44,710 nucleotides of DNA, from NCBI GenBank assembly GCA_044224495.1, contig JBGAKG010000005.1:1-44710 (forward strand). Direction: 5' to 3'. The position numbers and the translations under genes are program-made. Positions 28,162-37,198 of the stretch are shown in pieces. The notes beneath the pieces were generated by a model that saw only the letters and a list, made by a program, of their open reading frames with translations, did no database searches and was not told the origin of the DNA. This stretch comes from Polyangiaceae bacterium. GTDB lineage: Bacteria; Myxococcota_A; Polyangia; Polyangiales; Polyangiaceae. Numbering within the stretch: the first letter of the stretch is position 1; each line of letters begins with the position of its first letter.

Positions 28162-28515
28162 CTACGGCGCGTTCGTTCCCTCACGCCCGTAGCTGTCTTC
28201 CAGCCGCACGACGTCGTCCAGCTCCGGCGTCGACGCCTCCAGCACGTCCACGTCCGTCACCGCGACCATCCGGTGGATCGTGTTCGGCTTGCAGTGGAAC
28301 GAGTCCCCGGCGTTGAGGCGCAAGGTCCGGAGCTCGGCGCCCTGGCCAATCTCGAGGTCCATCTGGCCGGACTGCACGTAGAACGTCTCGTCCTTCTTCT
28401 CGTGGTACTGGCGGGAAAGCTTGTGCGAGGCCTTGATGTGGAGGATCTTGCCGACGTAACGCTCGGTCTCGGCCCACACGATTTCCCAACCCCACGGTTT
28501 GTCCACGCGGCGCAT
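28162..28515 (-). CDS. Cupin-domain protein (117 aa).
   Basis: MRRVDKPWGWEIVWAETERYVGKILHIKASHKLSRQYHEKKDETFYVQSG is a typical cupin / mannose-6-P-isomerase-like small barrel. The start was chosen at 28515. Confidence 0.65.
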   Translation of the reverse strand: MRRVDKPWGWEIVWAETERYVGKILHIKASHKLSRQYHEKKDETFYVQSGQMDLEIGQGAELRTLRLNAGDSFHCKPNTIHRMVAVTDVDVLEASTPELDDVVRLEDSYGREGTNAP

Positions 28516-29626
28516 GAAGCAGAACGATAGCAAGGAGGCTCCCCAAAAGGGAGAGCGCCTCCAGAAGATCCTCGCCCGGGGCGGCATCGCCTCGCGCCGC
28601 CACGCAGAGTCGCTCATCTCGGCGGGGCGCGTGCGCGTCAACGGCCGCGTCGTGTCGGAGCTCGGCACGCGCGCCGATCCGCGGAAGGACAAGGTCGAGG
28701 TCGACGGCAAGCGCGTCGTCGCCGAGAGCTTCGTCTACGTGCTGCTCCACAAGCCGCGCGGCGTCGTCTCCACGATGAGCGATCCCGAGGGTCGGCCCAC
28801 CGTGCGCACCTACCTCGAGGGCGTCGGCGCCCGCATCGTCCCGGTCGGGCGGCTCGACTTCGCGACCAGCGGCGCGCTCCTCATGACGAACGACGGAGAC
28901 TTCGCGTTCGCGCTCCTGCACCCGAAGAAGGACGTGCCGAAGAAGTACGTCGTGAAGGTCGCCGGGCGCATGGAAGAGCGGGACATCGAGCGCTGGCAGC
29001 GCGGCGTTCGCCTCGACGACGGCCCCACGAAGCCGGCCGAGGTCGTGCTCGTCCGCTACGAGCAAGGGGACCGTGCCTCGCAAGAGAAGACGTGGATCGA
29101 GGTCGTGCTCCGCGAAGGGCGCAACCAGCAGATCCGGCGCATGGGCGAGGCGACGGGCTTCCCGGTCATGCGCCTCTCGCGCACGCACTTCGCCGGTGTC
29201 GGTACGGAGGGCCTGCGCCCTGGAGCGTGGCGCTTCCTCACGAAGGACGAGCTCCGCGAGATGAAGCGCGTCTTCGGCGTTCCGAAGCACGTCCCGTCCG
29301 ACGCGCCGAAGGCCGTCGTGTCGTCGATCCGCGCGCCGCGCGGCGGGCGTGTCGACCCGCACGGGCGCGCGAGCGGGCGCGACGAGCCCGGCCCGCGCTA
29401 CGGCATGGGTTCTCCCGGCCGGCGCAGCTTCGACGTCGACGAGGACTACGGCGGCACCTCGGGCCGCGGCTCGAGCGGTCAGCGCGATCGTCCGGTCGAA
29501 GATCGCGGTCCGCCGGGGCGCGGCGGTCGCTCGCGCACCACCGGCTCGGGCGGCGGCATCGGCGCGGGCCACGGCAGCTTCCGGATGGAGCGCGGCCGGC
29601 GCGGTCGCAACGACAAGAAGCGCTGA
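28499..29626 (+). CDS. rluB: 23S rRNA pseudouridine synthase, RluB/RsuA family (S4 domain plus catalytic domain plus Arg/Gly-rich tail).
   Basis: S4 motif (LQKILARGGIASRRHAESLISAGRVRVNG) and catalytic motif (VGRLDFATSGALLMTNDG). The R/G-rich C-terminal tail is typical of RluB. An alternative start lies at 28514. Confidence 0.85.
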   Translation: MSTRRMKQNDSKEAPQKGERLQKILARGGIASRRHAESLISAGRVRVNGRVVSELGTRADPRKDKVEVDGKRVVAESFVYVLLHKPRGVVSTMSDPEGRPTVRTYLEGVGARIVPVGRLDFATSGALLMTNDGDFAFALLHPKKDVPKKYVVKVAGRMEERDIERWQRGVRLDDGPTKPAEVVLVRYEQGDRASQEKTWIEVVLREGRNQQIRRMGEATGFPVMRLSRTHFAGVGTEGLRPGAWRFLTKDELREMKRVFGVPKHVPSDAPKAVVSSIRAPRGGRVDPHGRASGRDEPGPRYGMGSPGRRSFDVDEDYGGTSGRGSSGQRDRPVEDRGPPGRGGRSRTTGSGGGIGAGHGSFRMERGRRGRNDKKR

Positions 29627-29643
29627 GGCGCTCGGCGCGCGAC

Positions 29644-30039
29644 TCAGGCCCGCGAGAACTCGCGGTCCACGAGCTCTCGCAGCTCGTCGATGACGCTCTC
29701 CGGAGCTCCACCGGCGGTCACCGTGGCGAGGAGCGCACGCGCGCGCGCCACGGTCGCGAATCGGCCCGCAGAGGCGCTGGGGTCGCTTCGCTCCGCAGCG
29801 AGGAGCCGGCACTCGAACGCCCGACACGAGGCCGGACGCTCGGCGTGGATCGCACACGGCCGGCGCGCGCCGCTCCCGAGGGCGCCGCACGGCTGGACGA
29901 GCATGCGGTCGTGGAGCAGCACGAGCCCGTGGCGCCGTGCGACCGCGACCTCGGCGTCCCGGAGTGGGACGAGCCCGAAGAGCGAGCCGTCGCAGCAGAG
30001 CCCGCACGCGAGGCAGAGCTCGGTCCCGGGCTCGGTCAC
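29644..30039 (-). CDS. YkgJ-family (UPF0153) cysteine-cluster protein.
   Basis: CLACGLCCDG…C motif. A GTG start at 30039 overlaps the S9 peptidase stop codon (GTGA). No in-frame ATG is available. Confidence 0.5.
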   Translation of the reverse strand: MTEPGTELCLACGLCCDGSLFGLVPLRDAEVAVARRHGLVLLHDRMLVQPCGALGSGARRPCAIHAERPASCRAFECRLLAAERSDPSASAGRFATVARARALLATVTAGGAPESVIDELRELVDREFSRA

Positions 30040-33035
30040 GGCAAGTAGCTCGTCGCGTCGTGCTCGGTCTTCGCGGCGGGCCGGACCACGCCCGCGTAGG
30101 GGTCGTCGACCTTCTCGGGGAGCGACCAGTCGTTCTTGAAGAAGCCACCCGCGAGCACCATCCCGGCGCTGAGCAGCATCTGCCCGCGCGCGGGGGCGAT
30201 GCGCTCGTCCCACACGACGAAGTCGGGCACCAGGTCGGGGAGCGAGAGGGCGCGCCACGTCCCGAGCGCGCTCGTGCCTTCGACGACCGCAAGGTACCGA
30301 TCGGGCCGCTTCGGGTTCGGCCGCACGAACGCCGTGCCGAGCTGGTTGCCGGTGTACCGGGTGCCGCCCATCACGAGCGCGTCGCCGTCCAGCTTGACCG
30401 GCAGCTCGTCCTCGAACGCGCGGACGACCTTGTTCGAGCGCGCGTTCCCGACGAGGAAGAGGGAGCGCGCGTTCGCCAGTGCGTCGCCGCGCGCCTCGAA
30501 CTCGAGGTCGCTGACGACCTCGTACTTCACGTGGACGCCGTAGCGCACGGCCGCGAAGGCGCGGGCGACCTCTTCGTTCGCGCGCGCCTGGCTCGGGTCC
30601 GAGGCGCCCCAGACGAAGAGGATGTTGCCGTGGAACACGTCCCGGAAGGGACCGGTGACGAGCCCGCGCTTCCAGGGCCCCGCGTGGACGGCCGGGCCGG
30701 GCTTCCACGCGCCGCCCTCCTTGTGGAGCTCGAGCTTGGTGTCCGCGTCGAACGCGAGCGCGGTGCCGTCGGCGACCACGGTCACGGCGCCGGCGTCGAC
30801 GAGCTTGGGATCACGATCGAAGCGAAGCTCGTCGATGCCGCTCGTGGTGGCGCTGAGCGTGTGCTTGTCCTTCACCCGGGCCTCGATCTGACCCCAGCCG
30901 TCGGGCGTGGCGAGGCCGACGACGTGGACCCACGCATCGTCGCCGTCGCGCAGCCGGATCGTGCGGAACTTCACCCGCGTGGGGTGGGGGTCCCGCGCGT
31001 GCTCGAGGAGCCACTTGGCGCCTTTGAGGTCCTCGTACGTGGTCTGCCAGACGTTGTGTCCCAAATTGGGATGCTCGTGCCGGACCGAATACTTGAGTGC
31101 GTCGTACTTGTCGATGAGGACTTGGCTGTTCTCGACCGGCAGATCCTGCGTCCCGTGCACGATGTAGAGGGGGAGCGCCGCGCCGTTCAGCGCCCACTCG
31201 ACGTTCGAGCGCTCCTCGGCGATCGTGCGCTCCCACGGCCGGATCAAGCGACCGAGGAAGTCCCGCCGGACGAAGTAGCTGTGGTAGCCGCACAAGGGCT
31301 CCGCGGCGGCGAAGCGATCGGGGTGGCGGAGCGGGATCGCGGCCGCGCCGATGCCGCCCATCGACGGCCCGGTGATGGTCACCTTGGTCTCGTCGATCGC
31401 GTAGCGGGCGACGATGCGGTCGAGGACGCGCATCACGTCGTCCTCCCCCATGTCGCGGTACATCGCGTTGCCGTGCGCGTCGGGCGACACGACGAACGCA
31501 TCGAGCGCGCTCGGCGGATCGATCGGGTGGCGGTCCTCCCACTCGTTCTCGCGGTTCGGGTCGTCGCCGCCGAAGAGGTAGCGGATCATCGCGAGCGGCT
31601 TCCCGTTCAGCCCGTGGAGGGTGACGATGAGCGGCCACTTCTTCGCCGAGCCCGGCTTGTACCCCGGCGGGACGTAGAGCCCGTACTCGCTCAGATCGTC
31701 GTCGACCGGCGAGCGGTAGGCCATGCGGAGCACGCCGGTCGCCCCGACGTAGGGATCCACGCCGGACGCCACCTTCGCGAGCGCGGCGTCGAGCGCCTTC
31801 GCCTCGGCCACGAGCGCGTCGCCGTCCACGTCCCCGCGCGCGACGAACCCGGCGAGGCGACGGGCCGCGAGCTGCATCGTCTCGAGCGAGTCCGGCTTGA
31901 GGAACGCGGGCGGCGCCGCCGCGAGCTTGGGGAGCGCCACGTCGGCCTTCGCCCAGACCTCGCGCACGAGCTTCTTCGGGAAGAAACGGGAGGTCACCTC
32001 GCGCCCGGCGACCTTCACGACGATGCTGGACGCGCGATCCTCGAGGAGCGGCAGATCGGCGCCGCCGAGGCGGGGGAGGGTCACCTGGAGCTCGCCGCTC
32101 GGCGGGACCTCTCCGGCATCCACGTCGAAGACGGGCGCGGGCTTCGGATCGGTCGGCTTCCCGTTCGCGGGCGCGTCGAGGCGCGCGGTGACGCGAAGGG
32201 GGATCCCGAGCGGGACGCCCTCGGGGTAGCGAACGGTGACCTTCGGCGCGTAGCCGTCGGCGGCGAGCGCGCGATCGACGGAGACCCACGACATCTTCGC
32301 GGCGAGCAGGGCGGACTCGCTCGGTCCCGTCCCGGGGAGGGCCAGCCAGGCGCCCTCGGGCGGGGCGAGCTCCGAATCCACGACCCGGGCGCGGAAGCTC
32401 CACGCGCCCTCGCGCTGGTGAAGCTTCAGGAGAATCGTGTGGTCGCCTGCGCCGAGGTCGAGCGGGACCAGATCGTCGTCGTCGCGCTGCGGACGCGCTT
32501 CGTCGCGCGAGAAGACGGGCTTCTTGTCGACGAAGACCCGGACGCCGTCGTCGGTGCCGAGGAGAAGCAGGAGCTTGGCCGGGCGTGCGAGGTGGAGCGT
32601 ACCGGCGGCGTAGGCGATGACGTCCGCCGTGCGCGCGGTCAGCGCTGCCTTCACGTCGATCGCACCGTCGCCGCTCTGGGCGAGGGTCCACCTCGGCGGG
32701 TCCTTCATGCCGGTCTGCTTCGGGCCTTCGCCGCCGAGCGTCGGCGCGAGCGCGGCCTCGTCCACGTCGGGGGGAGGGACGAGGAGCGGATCGGGCGCCT
32801 TCTGCTTGATGCCGTTGCTCGCCGACTTGTACGCGCCGAGGAGGAGCCACGCGCCGAGGTGCCCGTCGGCCGACGGCCCCACGCGCGCGACCGGCGGCGG
32901 CTGCGGTGCGGCCTCCTCCGCGTGCGCGGGCGTGAAGCCACGCGTCGCGAGCGCGACGAGCGGACCGAGCGCGAGCGCGAGCCGCACGCCGGCGCGCGCG
33001 CGGCGCGAGGCTCGCGCAGCCGAAGGCGTGGTCAT
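30036..33035 (-). CDS. Secreted S9-family serine peptidase (prolyl oligopeptidase / dipeptidyl peptidase-like alpha/beta hydrolase), 999 aa.
   Basis: Signal peptide, a long beta-rich N-terminal region, and a C-terminal hydrolase domain with the nucleophile elbow GPSMGG plus downstream D and H residues. Confidence 0.8.
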   Translation of the reverse strand: MTTPSAARASRRARAGVRLALALGPLVALATRGFTPAHAEEAAPQPPPVARVGPSADGHLGAWLLLGAYKSASNGIKQKAPDPLLVPPPDVDEAALAPTLGGEGPKQTGMKDPPRWTLAQSGDGAIDVKAALTARTADVIAYAAGTLHLARPAKLLLLLGTDDGVRVFVDKKPVFSRDEARPQRDDDDLVPLDLGAGDHTILLKLHQREGAWSFRARVVDSELAPPEGAWLALPGTGPSESALLAAKMSWVSVDRALAADGYAPKVTVRYPEGVPLGIPLRVTARLDAPANGKPTDPKPAPVFDVDAGEVPPSGELQVTLPRLGGADLPLLEDRASSIVVKVAGREVTSRFFPKKLVREVWAKADVALPKLAAAPPAFLKPDSLETMQLAARRLAGFVARGDVDGDALVAEAKALDAALAKVASGVDPYVGATGVLRMAYRSPVDDDLSEYGLYVPPGYKPGSAKKWPLIVTLHGLNGKPLAMIRYLFGGDDPNRENEWEDRHPIDPPSALDAFVVSPDAHGNAMYRDMGEDDVMRVLDRIVARYAIDETKVTITGPSMGGIGAAAIPLRHPDRFAAAEPLCGYHSYFVRRDFLGRLIRPWERTIAEERSNVEWALNGAALPLYIVHGTQDLPVENSQVLIDKYDALKYSVRHEHPNLGHNVWQTTYEDLKGAKWLLEHARDPHPTRVKFRTIRLRDGDDAWVHVVGLATPDGWGQIEARVKDKHTLSATTSGIDELRFDRDPKLVDAGAVTVVADGTALAFDADTKLELHKEGGAWKPGPAVHAGPWKRGLVTGPFRDVFHGNILFVWGASDPSQARANEEVARAFAAVRYGVHVKYEVVSDLEFEARGDALANARSLFLVGNARSNKVVRAFEDELPVKLDGDALVMGGTRYTGNQLGTAFVRPNPKRPDRYLAVVEGTSALGTWRALSLPDLVPDFVVWDERIAPARGQMLLSAGMVLAGGFFKNDWSLPEKVDDPYAGVVRPAAKTEHDATSYLP

Positions 33036-33505
33036 CCGCCCAGGTTGTGGGCGAGCTTCCGCGGCTCGTCGCGGAAGAGGACCTCGATCTTCTGCTGATC
33101 GAGCACCGTCGTCACGATGCCATCGCCGAACTTGGCGTGCTTGAGGAGGTCACCCACCTTGAACGACTTCTTGGGCTCGTACTTCACGAAGTCCATCGGC
33201 GACTTGCCGTTGACGGCCTTCTCCCAGCTCTGCTCGCGGTCGCGGCGCTCTTGCTCGGCGCGCGTGACCGACGACACCCGCGTGGTCCCGGAGGCGACCC
33301 GGCGCACGACGCCGGTCTCACTCCGCTCGACCTTCTCGCCCGGCGGGCGCTCGCGGAAGTTGTGCTGGGAGCGGCAGGTTTGGCACTCCACGCGCACCGG
33401 CTTCGGACCCATCATCGCGACGATGCGGTGGGTGAGGAAGAGCTTGCACTTGGTGCACCACGAGTCGACTTCACCGCCGACCTTGAGGGGCTTCGACACG
33501 GTCAT
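33032..33505 (-). CDS. Hypothetical zinc-ribbon protein (157 aa).
   Basis: CTKC…CQTC pairs. Coupled to the S9 peptidase by a 4-nt overlap. Confidence 0.55.
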   Translation of the reverse strand: MTVSKPLKVGGEVDSWCTKCKLFLTHRIVAMMGPKPVRVECQTCRSQHNFRERPPGEKVERSETGVVRRVASGTTRVSSVTRAEQERRDREQSWEKAVNGKSPMDFVKYEPKKSFKVGDLLKHAKFGDGIVTTVLDQQKIEVLFRDEPRKLAHNLGG

Positions 33506-34035
33506 CCTTCCTTGCTGATCTTCTTCTTCTTGCCGTCGCGTTTCGCGAAGACGTCCATCGTGACCTCGGGCTTGACCTTGCCCTCGCGGCCCTCTTCGCC
33601 TTCGTCCGCTTCGTCCTCCGGCGCAGGCCGGAAGCGAATGGTGGTGTTCACCTCGAACTGGAGGCTCGTGAGCATCTTCTGCATCTCGCCGGAGAGGTTC
33701 GTGTGCTCGAGGAAATCGCGCACCTCGCGCGCGACGACGCGGAACACGCCGTTCTTCGTCTCTTCGACCTGGGAGAAGATGTAGTTCGCGGCTTCCTTCG
33801 GGAGCTTCCGATCCGCGACGAAGTGCTTGAGCGTGTCGGGGGCCTCGGTGGCCTTCTCGACGCCCAGTTCGACCGCGCGCTTGAAGAGCTCGGAGATGAC
33901 GCTGTCGAAGCGGCCCCGGCGGCGGCGGTGCTCGCCTTCGCCCTCGTCCGACTCGGGGACGTCGTCGACGGGCGGGTCGTCATCGGGCGGATCGGGGGCG
34001 ACGTCGGACTCGGGCTTGGGATCGTCGCCAGTCAT
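33502..34035 (-). CDS. Hypothetical acidic protein (177 aa).
   Basis: Start MTGDDPKPES at 34035. Asp/Pro-rich N-terminus, then a helical region. The upstream part of the 369-aa ORF is rejected. ATGA overlap with the downstream gene. Confidence 0.5.
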   Translation of the reverse strand: MTGDDPKPESDVAPDPPDDDPPVDDVPESDEGEGEHRRRRGRFDSVISELFKRAVELGVEKATEAPDTLKHFVADRKLPKEAANYIFSQVEETKNGVFRVVAREVRDFLEHTNLSGEMQKMLTSLQFEVNTTIRFRPAPEDEADEGEEGREGKVKPEVTMDVFAKRDGKKKKISKEG

Positions 34036-34111
34036 CGCACCTTGCGTAGCCGGGGACGCGCCTTCGGTCAACGTCGGCCAGGGGTGGAAGGAAGTGCTAG
34101 TGTCACCGCCG

Positions 34112-34963
34112 ATGGAACCGATGAAGGCTGCCGTCGTCCAGCTGAGCTCGCAGGGCGACGTGGAGCAGAACCTCCGCCGTGTGCGCGCGCTGGTCGGTGC
34201 GGCCGCGGGCGAGGGCGCCGAGCTCGTCGTCCTGCCGGAGAACTTCGCGTTCCTCGGCGAGTCGGAGGAGGACAAGCGCCGGGTCGCGGAGCCGGTCGCC
34301 TCGCAGCTCCCTCCGGGAGAGCGTGGACCGATCCTGCAGACGCTGGTCGAGCTGGCCACGAAGCATCGGGTCCACCTCGTCGGCGGCGGCATGCCGGAGC
34401 GGAGCGAGGATCCCGCGCGCCCGTACAACACGTCGGTCCTCGTCGCACCCACGGGCGAGCTCGTGGCGACGTACCGCAAGATCCACCTCTTCGACGTCGA
34501 CCTGCCCGACGGGACGTCGCTGAAGGAGTCCAATGGCTCCTCCGCGGGTGCGGTCCCCTCGATCGCACCGCTCCGCCGCTCCGGTCCGGTGGGCGACGTG
34601 CCGCTCGGCATGACGGTCTGCTACGACCTCCGCTTCCCCGAGCTCTTCCGCAAGCTCGTCGACGGTGGCGCGCGCGTCGTGAGCGTCCCCGCGGCGTTCA
34701 CGCTCACCACCGGGAAGGACCACTGGCACGTGCTCCTCCGCGCGCGCGCGATCGAGGATCAGGTCTTCGTGCTCGCAGCCGCGCAGCACGGCAAGCACCC
34801 GCGCGGCCGCCAGACGTACGGCAAGAGCCTCATCGTCGACCCGTGGGGCGACGTGCTGGCGCAGTGTGGGGAGGGGGAAGGCATCGCCGTCGCGCGGCTC
34901 GACTTCGCCTACCAGGACCGCGTCCGCGCGGCGCTCCCGTGCCTGGCTCACCGCCGGTTGTGA
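34112..34963 (+). CDS. Carbon-nitrogen hydrolase (nitrilase superfamily, Nit / omega-amidase-like).
   Basis: MEPMKAAVVQLSSQGDVEQNL…LVVLPENF…, a catalytic-Cys region (MTVCYDLRFPELF), and the E-K-C triad context. The Ser-rich upstream part of the ORF in the track is rejected. Confidence 0.8.
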   Translation: MEPMKAAVVQLSSQGDVEQNLRRVRALVGAAAGEGAELVVLPENFAFLGESEEDKRRVAEPVASQLPPGERGPILQTLVELATKHRVHLVGGGMPERSEDPARPYNTSVLVAPTGELVATYRKIHLFDVDLPDGTSLKESNGSSAGAVPSIAPLRRSGPVGDVPLGMTVCYDLRFPELFRKLVDGGARVVSVPAAFTLTTGKDHWHVLLRARAIEDQVFVLAAAQHGKHPRGRQTYGKSLIVDPWGDVLAQCGEGEGIAVARLDFAYQDRVRAALPCLAHRRL

Positions 34964-34985
34964 TCCTCACGGATCTTCGTGACCG

Positions 34986-36002
34986 TCAGAGGTGCTTCTT
35001 CGCGATGTCGGCCCAGGCGCCGTTCGGCTCGAGATCCAAGTAGCGCCGCCAGTGGAAGCGCGCCTTCGCGCGCTCGCCGAGGTGCTCGTACGCCATCGCG
35101 AGGTTGAAGTGCGCGTCGGCGAAGCGCGAGTCGCGCTCGATCGCCGCCTCGAACGCCGCGGCGGCGCCCTTCGCGTCGCCGCGCTCGAGCATGACGTAGC
35201 CGAGGTTGTAGTGGGCCTCGGGTTGGCGGTCGTCGAGGGCGAGCGCGCGCGCGTAGTAGGTCTCGGCGCCAGCGGCATCGCCCTTGCGGAAGAGGATGTT
35301 GCCGAGGTTCGTGTACGCAATCGCCAAGCGCGGGTCGAGCTCGATGGCCTTCCGGTACAGGTCTTCGGCGGCCGCGTACGTCGCCGGGTCTTCGTCGAGC
35401 GCGCTCGCTTGCACGTAGAGGTCGTAGGCCGTGCGCGTGCGCGCGGACGGGTTCTCGGGGCGGAGGACGCGCACGACGTCGCGGCGGAGAGTCCCGACGT
35501 CGAAGTCGAGGACCATCTGGCCCGTGATCGGCTCGTAGGCCCCTTCCTGCGCCCGAACGACGACGCGCCGCCCGTCGCTCACGATCCGGAGCTCCTGGAG
35601 CGGACGGGTCACCTTGGGCAGGTTCTGGCGGAGCGCGCCGATGGCGCGGGCGACGTCGCGGAGCTTCACGTCGCGGGCGAGCAGCATCGTGGCGCGGAGC
35701 GCGATGAGATCCTGGAACGTGTATGCCCGCCGGCCAGCCCGCCCGGCGACGCCCGAGGGGGAGACGATGCCGGCGCGGTCGAGCGTCCGGAGACGCGCCT
35801 CGGGCAGACCGAGGAGCTTCGCGACCTCTTTCGCCGAGAAGACATCCGTGACGGGCTCGCGCGTCGAGCTCGGCATCGGCTCGTCGGGCGCGGCGTCGGG
35901 TGGTGGGGGCGGCGGGGTGAGCCGGCCGCCCCCAGGGCCGAACTGCACGTGGATGACGTTGGTCGGGCCGTCTTCGCCCGCGCCGCTTTTCTTCTTCGCC
36001 AT
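34986..36002 (-). CDS. MerR-family HTH transcriptional regulator fused to TPR repeats.
   Basis: MerR HTH (FSAKEVAKLLGLPEARLRTLDRAGIV) and C-terminal TPR units (AIAYTNLGNILFRKGD…AHYNLGYVML…AHFNLAMAYEHLG). Confidence 0.75.
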   Translation of the reverse strand: MAKKKSGAGEDGPTNVIHVQFGPGGGRLTPPPPPPDAAPDEPMPSSTREPVTDVFSAKEVAKLLGLPEARLRTLDRAGIVSPSGVAGRAGRRAYTFQDLIALRATMLLARDVKLRDVARAIGALRQNLPKVTRPLQELRIVSDGRRVVVRAQEGAYEPITGQMVLDFDVGTLRRDVVRVLRPENPSARTRTAYDLYVQASALDEDPATYAAAEDLYRKAIELDPRLAIAYTNLGNILFRKGDAAGAETYYARALALDDRQPEAHYNLGYVMLERGDAKGAAAAFEAAIERDSRFADAHFNLAMAYEHLGERAKARFHWRRYLDLEPNGAWADIAKKHL

Positions 36003-36031
36003 GTCTCGCCGAGAGGTCAGGTCGAGCCGGC

Positions 36032-36469
36032 TCAGCGCCGGGCTCGGGTTCTGCTTCTCCCTATCAACGGTGCTTGGACGTCGACGTCAATCCTCACGGC
36101 TCCGGAAGTTGCCTCGAACCGGACGTCGCACTCCAGGCGACCGAGGGGCGCCGGGGCACGAAAGCTCGCTTCCCGGTGCGCGACGCGCACGATTCGGGCC
36201 CGCGCGTGGAGATCGCGGGTCAGGAGCACGTGAAAGGTGGGGTGGAGCTCCAGCGGCACGCCGCCCAGGCCCACGAGCATGCTGGTGGTGCCGAACCAGG
36301 TCGCGCCCTCGTCGTCCTCGCGCACGGCGCCCTCGCTCACCGCGTCCGCCTCTTCGATCCGACGACGCACGTCGGGGGCGAAGGCGCGGAAGAAGCGAAC
36401 GGCGCGCTCCTCGATCGGGCTCGGGACGCGTGCTTTGCGGAGACCGGGCCCCAGGGCATGTGCGCTCAT
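36032..36469 (-). CDS. Hypothetical protein (145 aa).
   Basis: GC3 frame check on 36241-36300: 20 of 20 wobble positions are G/C in this minus-strand frame. No recognisable domain. Start at the ATG at 36469. Confidence 0.4.
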   Translation of the reverse strand: MSAHALGPGLRKARVPSPIEERAVRFFRAFAPDVRRRIEEADAVSEGAVREDDEGATWFGTTSMLVGLGGVPLELHPTFHVLLTRDLHARARIVRVAHREASFRAPAPLGRLECDVRFEATSGAVRIDVDVQAPLIGRSRTRARR

Positions 36470-36521
36470 GTAGGATAAGCGTGCCGCGTCGGGGCCTCCG
36501 CTGACAACAAATGCGCAGCGT

Positions 36522-37196
36522 TCAGTCGAGGGGGATGGCGATCTGCTCGACGACGACGCCGTTCGGGCTCGTCTCGATCCAGGTCGCGTGCGCGACCTTG
36601 GGGCGCGCGCCCGGCTCGACGCCGTCGGGGGCCTCGCCCACGCTCCCGACGTTGACGATGCGCATGTCGGCGATGGTTCGCTCGAACGCGACGTGCGTGC
36701 GCCCGCAGACGAACACGTCGCCCGGATCGTCGGCGACGAGGGCGAGGAGCTCCTCGTCGTCGAGATCGTGCGACATCCCCTCGGTGGGGTCCGCCGGCGA
36801 GCCGTGGACGAGCACGAGCTCGCCGCCGTCTTCGAGCGGGATGCGCTCGACCGCCGGCAAACGGCGCAGGCGCTCGAGCACGAGCTCGCCGAGCTCGGTC
36901 CGCACCGCGCGCATGCGCTCGACCATGCGCTTCTCGTGGTCCGTCTTGGCGGGCATCGTGGCCGGGTCGAGCATCGCGAGCGCGCGATCGGTCGTGCCTT
37001 GGACCATGATGGCGCCGGCGGCGGTGAGGCGCCGCCACGTCTCGAGCGGCTTCGCGTGCGACGCATCGGTCAGGCCGGGGAACACGATGTCACCGGCGAC
37101 GAGCAGCTTGTTGAACGAGCGCCGCTCGGCCGTCGCGAGGACGGCTTGGAGGGCGTCGAGGTTGCCGTGGACGTCGGAGAGGCAGAGCAGGCGCAT
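36522..37196 (-). CDS. Metallophosphoesterase (calcineurin-like, YfcE/MJ0936 family).
   Basis: MRLLCLSDVHGNLDAL…VAGDIV…GTTD…LVHGSP…CGRTHV metal-ligand motifs. Confidence 0.8.
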   Translation of the reverse strand: MRLLCLSDVHGNLDALQAVLATAERRSFNKLLVAGDIVFPGLTDASHAKPLETWRRLTAAGAIMVQGTTDRALAMLDPATMPAKTDHEKRMVERMRAVRTELGELVLERLRRLPAVERIPLEDGGELVLVHGSPADPTEGMSHDLDDEELLALVADDPGDVFVCGRTHVAFERTIADMRIVNVGSVGEAPDGVEPGARPKVAHATWIETSPNGVVVEQIAIPLD

Positions 37197-37198
37197 GG

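Noticed and set aside
28181-30292. 703-aa minus-strand ORF covering rluB.
   Set aside because: Arg/Ala-rich. Antisense to a well-supported pseudouridine synthase.
29937-33098. 1053-aa + strand ORF antisense to the S9 peptidase.
   Set aside because: No domain; low-complexity. The minus frame has a GxSxG hydrolase and a signal peptide.
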